Assembly: GCA_030141605.1 (NCBI GenBank)
Contig: JAQGDQ010001263.1
Coordinates: 1-51,281, forward strand
DNA: 51,281 nt
Direction: 5' to 3'
Origin: Tubiluchus corallicola
Lineage: Eukaryota; Animalia; Priapulida
Position 1 is the first letter of the stretch. Every line of letters starts with the position of its first letter. Both the position numbers and the translations under genes were made by a program. This document shows positions 22,366 to 51,281 of the stretch, piece after piece. Under the pieces are notes generated by a model that was not told where the DNA came from, did no database searches, and saw only the letters and a list, made by a program, of their open reading frames with translations.

Positions 22366-23238
22366 AGTTGAAAATGCAGAATGTACATATAATTTGAAGC
22401 TACGCGCAGGTGAAATGCGATGGCTTTTGTAAATCAATGCAAAGACAAGTAATTTTTATGCTAATTATTGTTTCGGTCAATATTTAACAGTTTAACAGTC
22501 AATGTTGATGCAATATGTCGGGAGTTAGGATGGCAAGTTTTCATAGCCCAGAAAATTGAAAGTACAGTTTTATCTTGATTTTGAAAAATATTGCTTAAAT
22601 ATTTATAAAACGTTACATTGGACTTCACAATGGAAAGACTGAATTCACTTGATGTTTAAGGAAACCATTGAAGTTTATTTTGCCTTTTGAGTTCCTTTAG
22701 AAGTCCGATCATTATTGCACACCCAAGATATTACTTTACAATGTCCAGGGAATATCATGTGATTCATGTTTTGCATTGTCGTACATTGTTGTCAAAACTG
22801 AGGGCCACACGGTTTCAGCTGAAGTAAAATAGCTGCCCAAGCAGAAATACACAAAACTATCTACAGTTTCAATGAATCTTCGAAAACAACCACATTAAAT
22901 TCATATTTAAATACAATTCTGGTGCTTCGATACGTGTCTTATCTCAGTGTGGTCACATGGTTTGCTTTCCATATTGTACTATTATGGTATTTTGAATATG
23001 CTTCCGAGTTATTTGAAAATATGTACACTGGCCATTTGTTTATGGTTTCATCAATTAATTTTTTCTTATATTTTTAGTCAATTTATTTCGTATGGAGTGT
23101 ATAACTGTATATACACAATTATTGCTCGGGTGAAATAAATTCATGGATTTGATTATATGTGAAGTCGTTGTCAATGAGCTGAATCAACAAAAGCTCTAAC
23201 GAATAAATTTATCGGTATATGCCTGGAATAAATTCTAC

Positions 23239-23249
23239 CCAATCAGAGC
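23239..23249 (+). promoter_or_regulatory. CCAAT box (NF-Y-like) upstream of the PSMD4 ATG
   Basis: CCAATCAGAGC 45 bp before the start codon; motif match only. Confidence 0.45.
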
Positions 23250-23283
23250 GAAGAGTTTCGGTTGGTGCGCACTACTTGGCAAG

Positions 23284-36224
<12,941 letters not shown>

Positions 36225-36354
36225 GATCTTTGTAGCAAAATATTTTTTGTTTTCAGTGTAATATTTAGGTAATTTTGTGTAATATTACTTGTTGTACAAT
36301 GGATATGGATAATTCATAATCTCTGTCATTTAAGAGACGACGAAGAAACCTTTA

Positions 36355-36683
36355 ACTTATATGCCAAGTTTTGACCTTATTAGGAAAGCAGTTCCACAGT
36401 AATAAGTAAATACAACAGTCAAAATGTAACACACCACAAGTAGTTATAATAAGTTTGCTTATATGCCAAGTTTTGACCTTATTAGGAAAGCAGTTCCACA
36501 GTAATAAGTAAATACAACAGTCAATAAAATGTAACACATCACAAGCAGTTATAATAAGTTTGCTTATATGCCAAGTTTTGACCTTATTAGGAAAGCAGTT
36601 CCACAGTACTAAGTAAATAAAACAGTCAATAAAATTAACTTTCTTTTGCTGTAACACACCACAAGCAGTTATGGTAAGTTTGC
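36355..36683. repeat. ~103-bp tandem repeat x3 in the probable PSMD4 3'UTR
   Basis: cttatatgccaagttttgaccttattaggaaagcagttccacagt... Confidence 0.9.
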
Positions 36684-38176
36684 TGCAAGTGTTTCCACCT
36701 GGTGAAAGACAGGGAAAATTAGTGATGTATTTTGAAAGAAGGCTTGTGATTGGTCCAACAGTGTTGTAAACTCGACTTGGTTTAGTGATACCGGCTACGT
36801 TACAGTTTCCGTTATGAAATTTTGTACCTTTTACACTTATTATTATTCTGTACTATGTGTTTTGAAGGATTAAAATTAGTATTTAATCAAGAAAAACTCT
36901 TAATGTAGTTTGTTTATTTACATTATTGTGTTAATGTGCTATGCAGTTCATTGAGTTTAGCTAAGTAATCTGCAGATAAGCCCCTTTATATTATTGTTCA
37001 ATGGTATTAAGTTTGTCTGATTAACCTACAGATAGATGGCAGTGATATCACTTTACATTAAGGTGTTAGTGTATGATGGACTAGACAGTGCAATAAATTT
37101 GAATAATCGCGGATAGATGGCAGCAAAAGTGCTAAAGACAGTGCATACCTTCCTTTACATTGTGCTGTTGAATGTTGACGGACTACTCGGTGTATTAAGT
37201 TTGTCTGATTAACCTACAGATAGATGGCAGTGATATCACTTTACATTAAGCAGTGTACTAAATTTGAATAATTGCGGATAGATGGCAGCAAAAGTGCGAA
37301 GGTCTAGTACATAAGTAGTTTTGCAAAAGTAATGTCAATTGCATTTTACGTATAGAAATGAAAGTAACACTGAAATGCTTTTTTAATTGCATATTAATTT
37401 TAAAAACGTTAAGTGTCCTGTCAAGTAAGGTATGTACAAATGAAAATAATCAGCAACTTGACAAAATAAAAAATAAATAAATGAGGCAACAAGTTCAAAT
37501 GAGTTTAAATTTAGAAACAGTAAATAAATTTGGCAATGAGAAGAGACAAAATTTAAATTACCAAACAAAATGGAAAATTTAAACTCATCAAAAACAAAAC
37601 TAATAATTACATATAAATCAAGAAATCAAACTAACATAAGAAGCAAAATGAATAAACATAGTTTGTCTTTACTTGAAAAGGTACCAAATTAGTGATATTA
37701 AGCTATTTTCAGTTTAGCCAGCATTTGATAATAAACTATAGACACTATGCGCAACTGAAACGGCTATTTTTAGACATTACTACCACAATAAATTATCTCA
37801 TAATTCAGAAATTTGTTCTTAATGGCATACGTTTGTACAACAAAATTATCGTCAATTACTTTTGATAAAAAATAATAAATAGTATAAGATTCCATTAACA
37901 AAATGTATCGGATTCCTCTTTACAACTTGTTTCTTGGAATTATCCTGGCAAATGCTCGATGATCGCCCTAGCGGCAGACGGCAGCTGACACACCTCCGTC
38001 TCCTCCAATCAAATTTCGTGTCACAAGTGCGACCTTGGACAGCAAATCATAAAAGTTGTTAGGAGTTCACCCACCGTTCACGTTGTTTGCACGGTGCAGC
38101 AAGGCAGCTGAGAAAGAGTGGAAAATACGACGGAGTGGGTTAATTTGCGGAGTTTTTGTTACAAAATAAAAGAAAG

Positions 38177-50623
<12,447 letters not shown>

Positions 50624-50651
50624 GTGAGTATAACTCTTTCAAGAATCATCA

Positions 50652-50927
50652 TTTAAAGGAAGAGACAAGCGTTTTGCACGTTGGGTTTAAAGGAAAAGAC
50701 AAGCGTTTTGCACTTTGGGTTTAAAGGAAGAGACAAGCGTTTTGCACGTTGGGTTTAAAGGAAGAGACAAGCGTTTTGCACGTTGGGTTTAAAGGAAAAG
50801 ACAAGTGTTTTGCACGTTGGCTTTAAAGGAAAAGACAAGCGTTTTGCACATTGGGTTTAAAGGAAAAGACAAGCGTTTTGCACTTTGGGTTTAAAGCAAA
50901 AAACAAGTGTTTTGCACGTTGGGTTTA
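50652..50927. repeat. 34-bp tandem repeat x8
   Basis: tttaaaggaaaagacaagcgttttgcacgttggg. Confidence 0.93.
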
Positions 50928-51281
50928 TTTTACTGTTATCACTCAGATCACAATTATAACTTAGAAAAATATAACTAAATAAATAAATAAATAAATAACT
51001 ATATAAATAAAAAATAATACAGATTTGCTGAATAACTTTCTGTAATGTAAAAAGTTAATTTATGCAACCGCCGTGTAGAAATTTTCAGGCGCCGCCATTC
51101 ACTTGAAAACCACTTGGCATAACTGGTGGACTTGGTTAGTTAGTTAGTTAGTTGGTTTAAACATAATTTATTTAGGATTGGATCAGACAGTTTGAACAAC
51201 ATGATTTAGGATCCCCTCACCACAACAGACTTTATACACTATTTACAAAAACATTTACAGTAAGAATAAACTATAACTACA

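Noticed and set aside
23178-23186. ARE-like TGATTCAGC (minus strand) upstream of PSMD4
   Set aside because: Short imperfect match, expected by chance; needs conservation data.

Overview
AT-rich, repeat-dense metazoan (invertebrate-like) nuclear DNA with one 511-N assembly gap (3690-4200). Three intron-rich genes were assembled by hand on the + strand, with splice phases checked: (1) a complete EPHX3/EPHX4-like alpha/beta epoxide hydrolase (8 exons, 7805-20344, ~363 aa, first intron GC-AG); (2) a complete PSMD4/Rpn10 proteasome subunit (10 exons, 23284-36224, 406 aa, three UIMs); (3) the 5' part of mitochondrial ALDH4A1/P5C dehydrogenase (8 exons, 38177-50623, continuing beyond the window). 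The introns are mostly micro- and minisatellites, short tandem duplications, MITEs (pogo/Tigger-, hAT-, Kolobok- and Harbinger-like), solo LTRs and LINE 3' ends. Most long ORFs in the supplied track are repeat artefacts. The best leads are: an apparently full-length 5S-rRNA-headed SINE with an RTE-like body and TSD (34656-35216, -); a minimal hammerhead-ribozyme cassette of Penelope-LTR type (49914-49952, -); tandem duplications that copied ALDH4A1 splice sites; and intronic minisatellites whose units carry splice-donor consensus. All TE family names come from motif recognition only; no database search was run.
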